A DNA stretch of 64,000 nucleotides from Narcine bancroftii (GCF_036971445.1 NC_091482.1:1426001-1490000), one strand, 5' to 3'. Counted from the first letter of the stretch, positions 23,359 through 36,135 are shown. Numbers and translations are program-made. The notes: a model not told the origin generated them from the letters alone.

Positions 23359-24632
23359 TGGGATTGCTGAATCTATGGTGATCATCATCATCTTTGAATC
23401 ATCAATGGGGACGGGAGAGGCTCCGGAAGATTGGAGGATTGTGCATGTTTTTCCTTTATTCAAGAAAGGGAGTAGAGAGAGGCCAGGAAACTGTAGACCA
23501 GTGAGTCTTACTTCAGTGGTTGGTAAGTTGATGGAGAAGATCCTGAGAGGCAGGATCTATGAGCATTTGGAGAGGTTTAATATGATTAGGAATTGTAAAC
23601 ATGGCTTTGTCAAGGGCAGGTTCTTGCTCAGTTCTGGTTGTCTCACTACTGGAAGGATGTGGAAGCCGTAGAAAGGGTGCAGAGGAGATTTACAAGGATG
23701 TTGCCTGGATTAGGGAGCAGGCCTTATGAAAACAGGTTGAGTGAACTCAACTTTCTCTCCTTGGAGCGGCAGAGGATGAGAGGTGACCTGATGGAATATT
23801 TAAGATGATGAGAGGTATAGACAGAGGCTTTTTCCCAAGGCTGAAATGGTGGCCACAAGAGGACACAGATTTAAGGTGCTGGGGAGTGGGTACAGAGGAG
23901 ATGCCAGGGGTACATTTTTTATTCATAGTGTGAAATATAAAGTGTTCACTATCATTACTGTGGAGACAAAGTCTTGGAGAACAGGTTTAGCTTTATTTAA
24001 AGTCTGCAGAGTCGGGAGCCTCTGGTCTGGAGACACACCGGAGGTTCAGAATCATCACTCTTTTGTACAGTCCTGGGCTCAACATCACCCCACCTTCATT
24101 TACATTCTTCCAATCAGAATTTTAGTATATTACAACATTCTCCTTCTCCCTTCCATCAGTCCAAGTATCACTCAGTTCCTCCCTCTTCATACATCGCATG
24201 TTATGTTAATTAGTTCATTCCCTCCTTAAGGGAGTCTAAGTTAATATTCATGTCTCTATTAAGCAAGCGCAGTACTAGCTATAAACTACCTTAGGTCACT
24301 GTACCAGCTTGAACAAGATCCTTGCATCTTTGGTGCTCCTGAGAAGGGGCCCACTAGCCAGTACTGTTGTCTACTCTCAAGCTTTTATCTACATACTTTG
24401 CATTCCATTACTTTTCACAGAATGGTGCAAGTTTAATCATTTTCACATTTCACAATAGAGTCGTGGGTGCATGGAATGGGCAGCTGGCGATGGAGTGGAG
24501 GCAAATATGATAGGGTCTTGGAGCTTAGAAAAATGGAGGGCTATGGGTAAGCCTAGTCACTTCTAAGGTAGGGATGTGTTCAGCACAACTTAGTGGGCTG
24601 AAGGGCCTGTACTGTGTTGCAAGTTTTCTATA
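23359..24632 (+). mobile_element. CR1 LINE remnant (internally deleted), split by a solo LTR
   Basis: PEDWRI..V.PLFKKG.R..PGN.RPVSLTSVVGKLME; CR1 3' end resumes at 24459. Confidence 0.85.
23929..24454 (-). mobile_element. Solo LTR (Gypsy/ERV-type), 526 bp
   Basis: TGTGAAAT...ATTTCACA termini, ATAG TSD (23925-28 / 24455-58), minus-strand AATAAA at ~23992. Confidence 0.85.
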
Positions 24633-24891
24633 TTTAAATCTGAACCACCCTGACCGGGAGAGAGTGATGGGGAGGGAGCCCCACGCCGCAGGAGAGGTGG
24701 GGAGGGAGCCCCGTGCCGCGGGAGGGGCGGTGAGAGAGTCCCGCATGCAGGAGGGGCGGTGAAGGGGCCCCGTGGGAGGGGCATCTGTGAAGTGGGTGCT
24801 GCCATGGAAACACAGTCACCATTAACCAGTGGGGTGCCCAGCTGGGGAAATGTGTCTGGAATGCTCGTTGACCTTGTGTTGGGTCCCACAG

Positions 24892-25074
24892 GTTGCCCCT
24901 GGCCACAGTCGAAGACTCAACAGTCGGAAGGAGGCTAGTTTATTGGCCGCTGTGGTGCTGATGCAGAAAGTCATTGTCCACTTGTCGGATACCACTCTGA
25001 TGGACATCTTGCCCAAGGTCACCCAGGACCTGCTGCTGCCCGTTGCTGGAGGTTCTTACCTCCCCCCTTGCCAG
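24892..25074 (+). CDS. WDR81: WDR81 exon ([41 protein letters not shown]...), +1 frameshift at ~25043
   Basis: Matches recalled human WDR81 [14 protein letters not shown]...[11 protein letters not shown]; cag/gtaggc. Confidence 0.9.
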
Positions 25075-25598
25075 GTAGGCCCAGTCCCCTCTCATTCTGT
25101 GTGCACACAGAATGCAGCCCCTGCACCTCCCACCTTGTGTGTACACAGAGTGTACGCAGACCCTTGAGGCAGTCAAACATCTGTGATACATGTGATAGGG
25201 CTTGAGTTCAGCATTGTACCTTCCAACCACACACCCCAATGGAAGGGAAGGGGATGTGGCTGTGGGCGAGAGTGAGGGAGTGGATGGCAGTTGAAGGAGG
25301 GGGCTCTACAGGAACCCTACGCAGGACAGATCCCACGGGTGTGGGGTTGGGGAATGCGGGCAGATCCCACGGGTGTGGGGTTGGGGAATGCGGGCAGATC
25401 CCAGGGGTGTGGGGTTGGAGAATGCAGGCAACCCCAAGGGGAGTGGGATTGGGGAATGTGGGTAGAGCCCAGGGGTGTGAGGTTGGGGAACACCGACAGA
25501 TCCCAGGGGTTTGGGGTTGCTGTTGCAATACTGTCCAGTTAGGGGTGACATCTCAGATTGGGGAGGCAACTCAGTGGGTGACGACATATCTCTCTCAG

Positions 25599-25764
25599 CT
25601 TCCCAGGGGGTGCGCAGGGACGCTCTGTACTCGGAATGAAGACCCTCAGCCTTATCGCGCTGCTGTGCCTGAGGATAGGCCAGGAGATGGTGGTGCTCCA
25701 CATGAGTGAGACCCTGCAGCGGTTCTTCGAGGGATTCTCTATCGTTCCAGAGCAGTGGGAGAAG
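25599..25764 (+). CDS. WDR81: WDR81 exon (FPGGAQGRSVLGMKTLSLIALLCLRIGQEMV...WEK)
   Basis: Conserved FP.GAQ.R...KT.SLIAL.CLRIGQEMV; cag/gtgagt. Confidence 0.92.
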
Positions 25765-26159
25765 GTGAGTCCCATTGCACATGGCCATGGGAAGACCCCA
25801 TCCACAGGCTCATCTTTGACGTGTGCTGGAGAAGGAGGTCCGCGCTGTGGGAGGGACGGCGAGGGGGCTCAGCGCAGTCAGAGGGGCGGAAAAGGGGCTC
25901 CACGCTGCAGGAGGGACGGCGAGGGGGATCCGTGCTGAGGGAGGGGTGACGAGGGCGGTCCTTGTCGTGGGTGGGGCGGTGAGGGGGTTCTGTGCCACGG
26001 GAGGGGCAGTGATGGAGCCCTGCACCATGGGAGGGGTGTGGTTTTGCTGACAGTGAGATCCTGCTGTGCTGACAGGCTGCCTGACTGTGGGGTGGGAAGG
26101 TGGGTATGGAGGGGACCCAGGGCTGCTCCCCACTCACCCCCTGGTGCTGGTTCCTACAG

Positions 26160-26298
26160 ATGGGGTTGGGAGAAGGTTCCGGATGGTGGGGAACGGCTGT
26201 GGCGGATGGCTGGGACCCGGCTGCTGTTGAAGAGCTGTGGGAGGTGTTCAACATGGAGATGGCCTTCTCTGCTTACATCCCCTTCAACTGCCTCATCG
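26160..26298 (+). CDS. WDR81: WDR81 exon (...EELWEVFNMEMAFSAYIPFNCLIG)
   Basis: Conserved VF..EMA...Y.PF.CL.G; phases 0->1. Confidence 0.9.
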
Positions 26299-26586
26299 GT
26301 AGGTGCGGGGTGGGCAGGAGGATGGGGGGATCAGAAGGAGAGGGGAGGGGATGGAATGAGAGTGTGTGGATTGTGGAGGAGGCTGGAGGAGGGGCTGGGG
26401 TGGGAATGGGGGGCCCAGTTGTGTGCTTGACTGTGATTTGGTTGGGGGGGGGGGGGTGTCTGTGTCTGTCTGTCTCTCTGTGTGTGTCTCTCTCGCTCTC
26501 CCCCTCCCTCCACATCTCCTCTTCAGCTGACCCCATTCTTTCCCCTTACCTCTATCCCCTGCCCCCGGCTGATCCCTCCCCCACAG

Positions 26587-27285
26587 GTGATGCCACCATC
26601 AAGCAGTTGCTGATGAACCATGAGCTGGTGTGGACGATGGCTGCCCGTTACCAGGAGAGTGTCAGTGGCCAGGCCTCCCAGCCCCCGCTGCCCCCCTCCC
26701 CCACCCTGTCGACCCCCACCCCCTCTCAGCCCCCGCCCGGTGTCACCGGCACCGGCCTGGGTCCCGAGGACGGAGGGAGCAGCACGTTTGGCAGCCCTAT
26801 GGTGGGGAACCGGATCGGGATGGTGCCAGGGACGGAGAGGTCTGCCTCTGGCCCAGGAGTGACCCAGCCCACGGGGATACCAGTGGCAGGGGCACCAGAG
26901 CCCGGCTCCCTGAAGCAGGAGCTGGCACGCAGCAGCCGGCGACTGGACGGCAACTGGCTGGCACACTGGCGGTATCAGGTAGGCCGAGGCCTTCCCGACG
27001 GACACTTCCACTTCCACCAGATCCGGCTGCAGTCCTACACTGGCCACACCGGTACCGTGCGCACCATCACACCGCTGCCCGCCGAGGACTTTTTCCTGAG
27101 CGCCAGCCGGGACAAGACGGTCAAGCTGTGGCCACTGTACAACCACGGGGATGGCTCGGGCAGCGTGGAACCTCGCCTCACCTACGCCCAGCACCGACGT
27201 GCTGTCTTCTCTGCTCAGCCGCTCGGCACTCTGCAGCAAGTGGCCAGCTGTGATGGCAATGTGCACCTCTGGGACCCCTACACTG
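26587..27285 (+). CDS. WDR81: WDR81 exon (LDGNWLAHWRY, HFHFHQIRLQSYTGHTGTVR, first WD40 repeats)
   Basis: 699 bp, phase 1-1; GH...LSASRDKTVKLW WD40. Confidence 0.95.
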
Positions 27286-27524
27286 GTGAGCTGGGGTGGG
27301 AGTGGCAGGTCATTCAGCCCCCTTTCATTACCTCTGCCTTATCTACTCTCATCCCACTGTACCCCTGCCCCAACGTATATTCGTGCCCTCGCGTTCAGAT
27401 CCATTGTGACTGCAGCTCTCGCCCCTCTCCCCGCCCCACGCTCCCCCTGCCCTGCACTCCTCATGTACCCCTGCCCCACGCTTCCCCTCCCCACCCCCAC
27501 CCATCTCCCTGTGCTGTTTTTCAG

Positions 27525-27670
27525 GGAGCACCGTGCGGGTGTTTGACGGTTTCGATTCCCGCACCCCAGTCACTGCTCTGGTGGCCTTGCCAGCTCCACA
27601 CTGCAGCCTCCTGGCTGGGACCTCCGACTCTGTGCTGCACTTCATGGACCCCCGCAAGCCCGGCCTGCAG
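27525..27670 (+). CDS. WDR81: WDR81 exon (STVRVFDG...MDPRKPGLQ)
   Basis: ttcag/gtattc; D.RKPGLQ motif. Confidence 0.93.
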
Positions 27671-28158
27671 GTATTCCTCCTCATCGTCTGCCCCATTCCC
27701 ACCATGTATTCCCCTCCTCAACACCCCTTCCCCCCCCAATCTGACCCCACCTCTCAATGATGGCCTGTCCCAAGGGATGGGGGAAATGTGAGACGGTGAA
27801 TGGGGAGGAGGGGTGGGGGAGGGGGATGTGAGACGGTTGTGGGGGGGTGGGGTGGTTGAGGGAGGTGGTGAGGAGGTTTGGGGCTCCAGGGGAAGAGGTT
27901 TGTGGAGTGTGGAGAGGGCTGCAAGGGGGTCTGGGAGAAGAGGTACCACATGGGTTTGAGGTCCATAGGATGTGGAGGTTCTGTGGGAAGGAGGCACGTG
28001 GTTTGGGGGGTCTGGGGGAAGGGGACCAGGTGGTTTGGGGGGGTCCAGGTGAAGGGGTCTGCGTGGTTTGGGTGATTCGGGTGAAGGAGACAATGGATTT
28101 GGGGAGGGGACCGTGGGTTCAGGCAACCCATAGTGACCCCAATGCCCTTTCCCTGCAG

Positions 28159-28338
28159 CACGCGTTCCGTCTGGGGGTGGGGGCCAGCGCAGGGTTAATC
28201 CGCTCCATGGCCGTCAGTCCCAGTGGCCGCTCTGTTGCCGTGGGCTTCTCCTCGGGGTTCATCTATCTGCTGGACACCCGCACTGGCCTCATCCTCAAGG
28301 TGTGGCCCGCACACGAGAGCGACATCCTCCAGCTGAAG
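28159..28338 (+). CDS. WDR81: WDR81 exon (HAFRLG...[24 protein letters not shown])
   Basis: cag/gtaagc; WD40. Confidence 0.95.
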
Positions 28339-29129
28339 GTAAGCCGGTGAACCCTCCCTCCCTCCCTCCTCCAGGAAGGGGGCGAGGGGGGTGATGGGAG
28401 GAGGGTGCAGTAAGGTGTGAGGGCATTGAGGGTGTTGAGTGGAGGGGGGAATGAGGGGCTGGGAGGGGGATTTGATGGGGGAGGGGAGTGCCTACGAATG
28501 ATGCCAGCTGGCTCCCTCCCTGACCCTCGTCCACCCCTCTGACTTGACCACCACCTTCCCAGGGCCTTTGCCTCCTGCTCCACCATCCCCACAGTGACCT
28601 CCTCTCTCCAGACCCAATTGGAGCAGGGGTGACCACCTGGCCCATCAGCTGTCTGCTCTGACCATTCGTGTCAGCCTCCTCTGGCTGTGCCAAAGCCCCC
28701 TCCCCTCGGAGTGTCCTGAGCTGGAGGTCTCTGCAGCTGGGTTCAACCAGCTTGTCCGGGTGGGATTCCTCTTGCCTCCCCTCACAGCCTCCCCACTGGT
28801 CCATACCCTCCCCTGCAGCCTTCTCTCCCACCCCCCTTCCATCCCTGCCCTTCCCAATACCCTGTGCAGAACTAGAGTACCCAGGGAGCATGCAAACTCC
28901 ACAGCGACAGTGCTGAGACAGGGATCAAACTGGGCTCTCTGGAGCTGGGATCTGGCTGAGCCCCGAAGGGTTGTGGACTGTGAGGGTTAATCGATTGGAG
29001 TTTGAGTTCGAAGGCCCACGTGTGCGTGGGCAAGGACTGTTGTTCCTTTGGTAAAGTTTCACAACAAAGTAAACATGTAGTGGGTGGGTGAGGGGCTCCC
29101 TCAGCAGCCAATGTCCCACTGCATGTCCC

Positions 29130-30232
29130 TCACCCACCTGTACACAACCACCACAATCCCTCACCCACCTATACACAACCACCACCACCCCTGTCCCTCA
29201 CCCATCTATACACAACCACCACAATCCCTCACCCACCTATACACAACCACCACCACCCCTGTCCCTCACCCATCTATACACAACCACCACCACCCCTGTC
29301 CCTCACCCATCTATACACAACCACCACCACCTCTGTCCCTCACCCATCTGTACACAACCACCACCACCCCTGTTACCCCCTCCAGTCCCCTACACCCGCC
29401 CTGTCTCTGTTACCCCCTCCAATCCCCTACACCCTCCCTGTCTCTGTTACCCCCTCCGGTCCCCTATACCCCTCCCTGTCTCTGTAACCCACCCCCCCTC
29501 CGGTCCCCTATACCCCTCCCTGTCTCTGTTACCCTCTCCAGTCCCCTATACCCCTCCCTGTCTCTGTAACCCCCTCCAGTCCCCTATACACCTTTCTGTC
29601 TCTGTAACCCCCTCCAGTCCCCTTTACCCCTCCCTGTCTCTGTTACCTCCATCCCGTCCCCTATACCCCTCCCTGTCTCTGTAACCCACCTCCAGTCCCC
29701 TATACCCCTCCCTGTCTCTGTAACCCCCCCTCTGGTCCCCTGTACCCCTCCCTGTCTCTGTTACCCCCTCCGGTCCCCTACACCCTCCATGTCTCTGTAA
29801 TCCCCTCCGGTCCCCTATACCCTCCCCCTGTCTCTGTAAACCCCTCCAGTCCCCTACACCCTCCCTGTCTCTGTAACCCCCTCTGGTCCCCTACACCCTA
29901 CCTGTCTCTGTTACACCCTCCGGTCCCCTATACCCCTCCCTGTCTCTGTTACCCCCTCCAGTCCCCTATACCCCTCCCTGTCTCTGTTACCCCTTCCAGT
30001 CCCCTACACCCTCCCTGTCTCTGTTACCCCTCCAGTCCCCTATACCCTGCCCCTCCCCCTGTCTCTGTAACCATCTCCAGTCCCCTGCACCCCTCTCTGT
30101 CTCTGTAACATCCTCGGTCCCCTACACCCCTCCCTGTCTCTGTTACCCCCTCCGATCCTCTATACCCCTCCCTTTCTCTGTAACTCCCTCCAGTCCTCTA
30201 CACCCCACCCTATCTCTGTAAACCCCACCCTG
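29130..30232. repeat. Two adjacent C-rich minisatellites (~30-37-bp and ~38-bp units) in the last WDR81 intron
   Basis: CACCCATCTATACACAACCACC... then CCCTCCAGTCCCCTATACCCCTCCCTGTCTCTGTTAC. Confidence 0.88.
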
Positions 30233-30473
30233 CTGGAGGCCGTCCCCTCCCTTCCTCTCCTTTGACTTCATGGGGGGGGGTCTGTGGACAAGTCCTCTCC
30301 CTTCCATGTAATGACAGCTTGTTGGTACCAACCATCTCTATGGCTGATGGGATGAGGAATTTTTTGTTCTGCCTCTCACTGTCCTCTTCCCCCTCACCCT
30401 CCCCTTCCCCACCCCACCTCACCCCTCTTCTCCCTCTCCCCTTTCTCTCCCCCTTCTCTCTCCCTCTCCCCAG

Positions 30474-30794
30474 TCGGTGGAGGGTAATGTGTTGGTCAGC
30501 TCGTCCACGGACCACTCGCTGAGCATCTGGAAGGAGTCTGATCCCCAGCCTCTGCATCACTACAAGTCGCTCCCTGACCCCGTACATGCGTTCGATCTCC
30601 ACGGCAGTGAAATCGTGGCAGGCACCGTGGCCAACCGGATCGGTATCTACTCGCTGGATGGTTCTGCGGCGGTGGCCACCAGTAAGCTGAGCTGGGAGAA
30701 CTTCCGTGGAGTACTGACCAGCCTGGGGGTGCTCCCCACCAAGGGTCTGTTACTGCTGGGATCGGACAATGGCATGATCCGCCTCCTGGCCTAG
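30474..30794 (+). CDS. WDR81: WDR81 last coding exon ([16 protein letters not shown]...[15 protein letters not shown])
   Basis: C-terminus matches WDR81 [14 protein letters not shown]. Confidence 0.96.
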   Translation, partial: SVEGNVLVSSSTDHSLSIWKESDPQPLHHYKSLPDPVHAFDLHGSEIVAGTVANRIGIYSLDGSAAVATSKLSWENFRGVLTSLGVLPTKGLLLLGSDNGMIRLLA

Positions 30795-31754
30795 CCCGTG
30801 GCCCAGACCACCGCTCGGGGCAGCCTTTCCGTCAACAGTAACCCTACTGTTACTGGCAGGGAACTGGAGAGTGCTGCCCCATTACCAGGCGCTGATCCTA
30901 GGTTCCTGACGGGAGACAGAATTGCTTTGGCTGCAATCTGCCAGGACACAGGAGCCCACCTCAGGGGCTGGGTCAAACTCTTCCTCCATCTGTCAGTGCT
31001 GTCATGCCATAGACTCCACAAATGGGAGGGGACCCCGCAGAGGCGAGGCAGTGTGCTGTCTGAGAGGGTCCACGAGGGGAGGTGGGCTTTGCTATTGTGG
31101 TGGACTGTTGGCCCTGTGGGGTGAGGCTGGGGCTGGGTCCCAGTGCCTGACTGTGGCCCAAGGTGTCGAGACCATTAACTGCCTTAATCTGTTGCCTGAG
31201 GAGGGAATTATGAGAGAGATTCCAGGGAAGGTGTTGCCAGACATGGGGTCGGGATGGGGGCACTACCTGCTTAGGAGCTGGGTGTCTCAGCCTGCACCCT
31301 GTTACCATCCCAAGCTGGAGCAACGAGGATGTGTTCCTTAGCTCAAATGATGTGAGCCTTGCACACCCACACCGATGTGTCTTCTGTGTACACTCGCCCC
31401 TTGCACACTCACCACTCTCCCACATGGACACTGTGCAGGCTCCCTGACACAAACACTCCTCGTATACAATACGGTCACACTCTGTCTGAACGGTGTGCAC
31501 TGACACCCTCCCAACGTGTCCTCGGCGCTGGGGGAGGGGCCCAGGTGCAATAATGAGGGGGCATGGGAGTGTTTGTTTCCAGCACTGAGAGCCCACTTCC
31601 CTCAAGGTCTTCCAGGTAATAGACCCCCTCCAGGCCTGCTGTAGCTCTGGTCCCTCCTTGAATGTTGGAAGTGCTGACCAGGTTCCCTCCAACTCTGCGT
31701 GGCCTTCAAGAACATTCCAGAAATGGGGCAAGAATTCATCTGTGAATATTTATA

Positions 31755-31760
31755 AATAAA
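31755..31760 (+). terminator. Probable WDR81 polyadenylation signal
   Basis: AATAAA ~960 bp after the stop, GT-rich element downstream. Confidence 0.65.
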
Positions 31761-31947
31761 ATATCTGAAAATCCCAGGAATGCCTCTGTCTGTGGGGTGT
31801 GTGGAGGGCGAGAAGTCGTGTAACCATCACAACCTGGTCCAAGTGCCCGAGCGCTGGCACAGTGTCGTCCTCAGCACCCGTGTTGGACACTCCGCACCCG
31901 TAGTCATGTCAGCGGGAGTGGGCATGAAGGATGGATGAGGAGCTCAC

Positions 31948-32885
31948 TTACGCAGGGAGCGGGGGCGTGGAGCTCCCTCACGCAGAGAGCAGGGGCGTGG
32001 AGCTCCCTCACGCAGGGAGCGCGGGTGTGGAGCTCCCTCACGCAGGGAGCGGGGGCGTGGAGCTCCCTCACGCAGGGAGCGGGGGCGTGGAGCTCCCTCA
32101 CGCAGGGAGCGGGGGCGTGGAGCTCCCTCACGCAGGGAGCGGGGGCATCGTGGAGCTCCCTCACGCAGGGAGCGGGGGCATCGTGGAGCTCCCTCACGCA
32201 GGGAGCGGGAGCATCGTGGAGCTCCCTCACGCAGGGAGCGGGGGCATCGTGGAGCTCCCTCACGCAGGGAGCGGGGGGCGTGGAGCTCCCTCACGCAGGG
32301 AGCGGGGGGGGCGTGGAGCTCCCTCACGCAGGGAGCGGGGGGCGTGGAGCTCCCTCACGCAGGGAGCGGGGGGGCGTGGAGCTCCCTCACGCAGGGAGCG
32401 GGGGGGCGTGGAGCTCCCTCACGCAGGGAGCGGGGGGGCGTGGAGCTCCCTCACGCAGGGAGCGGGGGGGCGTGGAGCTCCCTCACGCAGGGGGCGTGGA
32501 GCTCCCTCACGCAGGGAGCGGGGGGGCGTGGAGCTCCCTCACGCAGGGAGCGGGGGGGCGTGGAGCTCCGTCACGCAGGGAGCGGGAGGGGCGTGGAGCT
32601 CCCTCACGCAGGGAGCGGGGGGGCGTGGAGCTCCCTCACGCAGGGAGCGGGGGGGCGTGGAGCTCCCTCACGCAGGGAGCGGGGGGGCGTGGAGCTCCCT
32701 CACGCAGGGAGCGGGGGGGCGTGGAGCTCCCTCACGCAGGGAGCGGGGGGCGTGGAGCTCCCTCACGCAGGGAGCGGGGGGGCGTGGAGCTCCCTCACGC
32801 AGGGAGCGGGGGGGCGTGGAGCTCCCTCACGCAGGGAGCGGGGGGGCGTGGAGCTCCCTCACGCAGGGAGTGGGAGGGGCCGTGG
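31948..32885. repeat. 31-33-bp minisatellite (GTGGAGCTCCCTCACGCAGGGAGCGGGGGGC), ~29 units
   Basis: Direct periodicity; internal inverted repeat GCTCCCT/AGGGAGC. Confidence 0.95.
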
Positions 32886-35499
32886 AGCACCCTCATTCCA
32901 CACGCTGGGGGTCGACTCAACATGTTGGCTTCTTCTGAAGCAGCAGGAGTTCCAGATGGAGTCGATGGAGGGCCGGAGGTGGGGGTGAGATTCTGAACCA
33001 TAGTCTCAACTCCATTCCCATCCATCCTGGTGATGCCCCCTGACAGGACAGTTTCTGTTCAGCCTTGGTGGGACGCAGGGGTTATGCTGAAACTTCTCTG
33101 GAGGGGGTAGGTGCTGGCCGAAAACCCAACCTCTCCTCCAGGTAGTGTCGGACTCACTGCAAGGGGGCAGGGGTTGGGGGAATGTGACCCTGACTGGGGG
33201 TGAGGAGTGGTTTGAGAGACTGTTCCCCAGCATGGGGGGAGGGGGATTGTAGAGTGTTTGCTGAAGGACATGTTTACCAGGCTGTGACTGTGTTTGTTGA
33301 TGAGAGGCAGTGATAAGTGTGTGTCTGGGCAGTTACTGGTTGCTGGCCTCCCACCCAGCACACTGCTGACCTCAGATTTTGCCCATATTGTCTGCCCTGC
33401 TGTTCGGGTTGGGACTCGTGGACGAGGTATCGAGTGGGTACAGAGGTAAGACCCCTGCTTTGTCCCCTCTGGCAGCTGGGGGCTTCACTCCTGAGAACTG
33501 AGGGAGGGGGAATGGGGGGTGGGTGGAGTGGTTCAAGGGGCTGATGGTAACACCTTGTCCCACTGCCTCCTGAGTGAGGGATGTCCAGTGGAGGTGAGGT
33601 GGTTGAGGGCAATGGAGTGGAGTGATGGAGGAGGAGGGAGTGATTACATGGAGCAGGGGAAGAGAGGATGATGGTAGTGAGGGGGTTTGAGTTGAGTTCA
33701 TTGTGAATCGAGGGAGGGAGAGGGATGACGGTGAGCAGGGGAGGGTACAAAGAGAATATTTATTTAGTGCTGTGTTTGGATTACCTGGACCTTGGATGTA
33801 GTTTGGGACTGGGTTAATGCAGAAAACACGTAGTCAGGGATGGCTCCGTCTGCGACTGTGGGCAGTGGCAAAGATTGTTGCTGGGGTCTGAGATGTTCAC
33901 AATCTAAAACGAAACCAACAACTGCTGGATCCTTCAGCAGGACCCACAGAATCTGTGGGCAGAGAGGGTCCACGTTTCACGCCCAGAGAAAGTAGTGAAA
34001 AAAATTGAAAAAAAACAGCTCGTTTCACTCTATTTGATGATGATTCAGCAGGGCTGGAGCTGATTGGGTAACAGACATGGTGTCATGAATCCTAAGAAAC
34101 ATGTTTGTATGGAAAAGTCTGGAAATTTGTATAAATAAGCCACCTGTGAGTCTTGCAGCAGACTCCCTGGTAGTGAGATTAGCTGCATATGGCAGTACCT
34201 CTTGTTGTAACAGAGTTCTCATACTTTGCAAAGCAACAGTGAAGCACTTGGCAGCTGTATCTGCACTTGGCAGAGGCAGGGAGAGTAGACCAAAGGGAAT
34301 AGCTCTGCTAGGGTGAGACCACTGAACGTGGCAGTGCAGGTCAGTTTAAACTTGGTGACCACACAAACAAAACTGCCACAATGAGGGAAGATGGGAATGT
34401 CCATTGTGAGACAGACAGATTGAGTGAGTTACAGAGAATTTGGCAGAGAATTGGACAGGCTGGAACTATGCAGGGAGTGTTGGAACAGCACAACTTTGCA
34501 GAGCTGAGACATTTCACTCACCATAGACGCTGACTGGCCCGATGAGAGTTTTCAGGTTTATACCAGCATCGATGAGGCTGGGAGGGGCATGCTGTCATCC
34601 AGCTGTGCAGACAGGTGGTGGTGTGGGTTGGGTGTAGGGCAGGGTGTAAAAGGGATTTGTGGGGAGGGGTATGGACAAGCTGAGTGAGTGGGTGAGGACA
34701 GGCCAGGAGGAATCGTATGGAACATGTGAATTTGTTCACTTTGATTCACAGAACAGAAACACCAGGTAATTTTTAGACTGTGAGAGATCGGGTGGTGATA
34801 ATGATCAAAAAGATCTGGTGCCTTTTTATACAGGGCCTGAAATCCAACGTCAAGTTGTGATGGAGGCGACAGTCCCTTAGAGTTAAGCAGGGTTGTAGTG
34901 CAATACCCAAGGGTGTTTCCCCTGGCTGGAACCAAGGAACAGGAATATCATTTGACAATAAGGGGTCAGTCCTCGGCGGGGGTGGGGGGGGGAAGATGAG
35001 AAGAGAGCCCTTCACTTGGAGGGGGCAGATACTGTTGTTCCTCCCTCATTAATTTCCAATAGATACTGGTGGTCTACTGAGCTCGAGATGGAGGGATGCA
35101 GACAGAGTGTGCTCGAGCCATGGAGATGAGCTGGGGATGGGAATCATTACACTTAGCATGAGTGAACATTCAGGAGAGCAGATGGGAGAATCTCATTGAA
35201 TGTGATGGTCATCAAAGTTTATTGAAGACCAAAGATAAGAGGAGGTGATTGAATGCGCTCAGTGATTTAGGATAGAATGGTGGAGAAGGTCTTCCGACTT
35301 TGGGTCTGTGAGGCCAAGTTAGATTCAACACTTGCTGCCTGCATACAACCCAAGCCCCTCTATTCCCTGCTTGTCAACATAAGACCCTCTTTCCCCCCTT
35401 CCCCCCCAGTGCTTCCACCACCACCACCTTGGCATCCACTACTCTGTGTAAACAACTCCCTTAATTACCCCCACAACCTTAACTGCATCTCTCAAGGTT

Positions 35500-36135
35500 G
35501 CCACACAAGTTGATAGGATAGTTAAGAAGGCCTGTGGGAGTCTGGGCTTCTTTAAGGGGGGGGAGGGGTGAGTTCAAGAGTTGAGAGGTCATATTCCAAC
35601 TCGACAAATCTCTGGTGAGACCACACTTGGAGTATTGTGTTCAGTTCTGGTCACCTCATTATAAGAAGGATGTGGAAGCTGTGGAGAGATTGACCAGGAT
35701 GTTGCCTGGATTGGGAAACAAGCCTTATGAGGCAAGATTGGCAGAGCTGGGACCTTTCTCTTTGGAGCAAAGAAGGATGAGAGGAGATGTGATAGAGATC
35801 GACAAGATTCTGAGGGTGGACAGGCAACACCTGTTTCCCAAGGCAGGATCAGCAAACACCAGGGGACGTGTGTACAAAATGAGGGGAGGGAAGTTTAGGG
35901 GAGACATCAGGTGTAAGTGTTTTTACACAGAGTTGTGGGGGCCTGGAATGCCTTGCCAGGGATGGTGATGGAGGCTGGAACATTAAGGGCATTTAAGAGA
36001 CTCTTAGACAGACACGTGGATGGAAGGGAAATAGAGGGTAGAGAGGATTTTGTACTTTTTTAAGGAATACATGGGTCAGCACAACATTGAAGGCCAAAGG
36101 GCCTGTCCTGGGCTGTACTGTTCTATGTTCTCTGT
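35500..36135 (+). mobile_element. CR1 LINE 3' fragment
   Basis: [18 protein letters not shown]; (GTTCTAT)-type tail. Confidence 0.88.

Noticed and set aside
1-24891. miR-22 / TLCD2 expected upstream of WDR81 from human synteny
   Set aside because: No miR-22 mature sequence or TLC-domain exon recognised by eye
26100-27791. 563-aa single ORF
   Set aside because: Read-through of WDR81 introns; the true coding parts are the spliced exons
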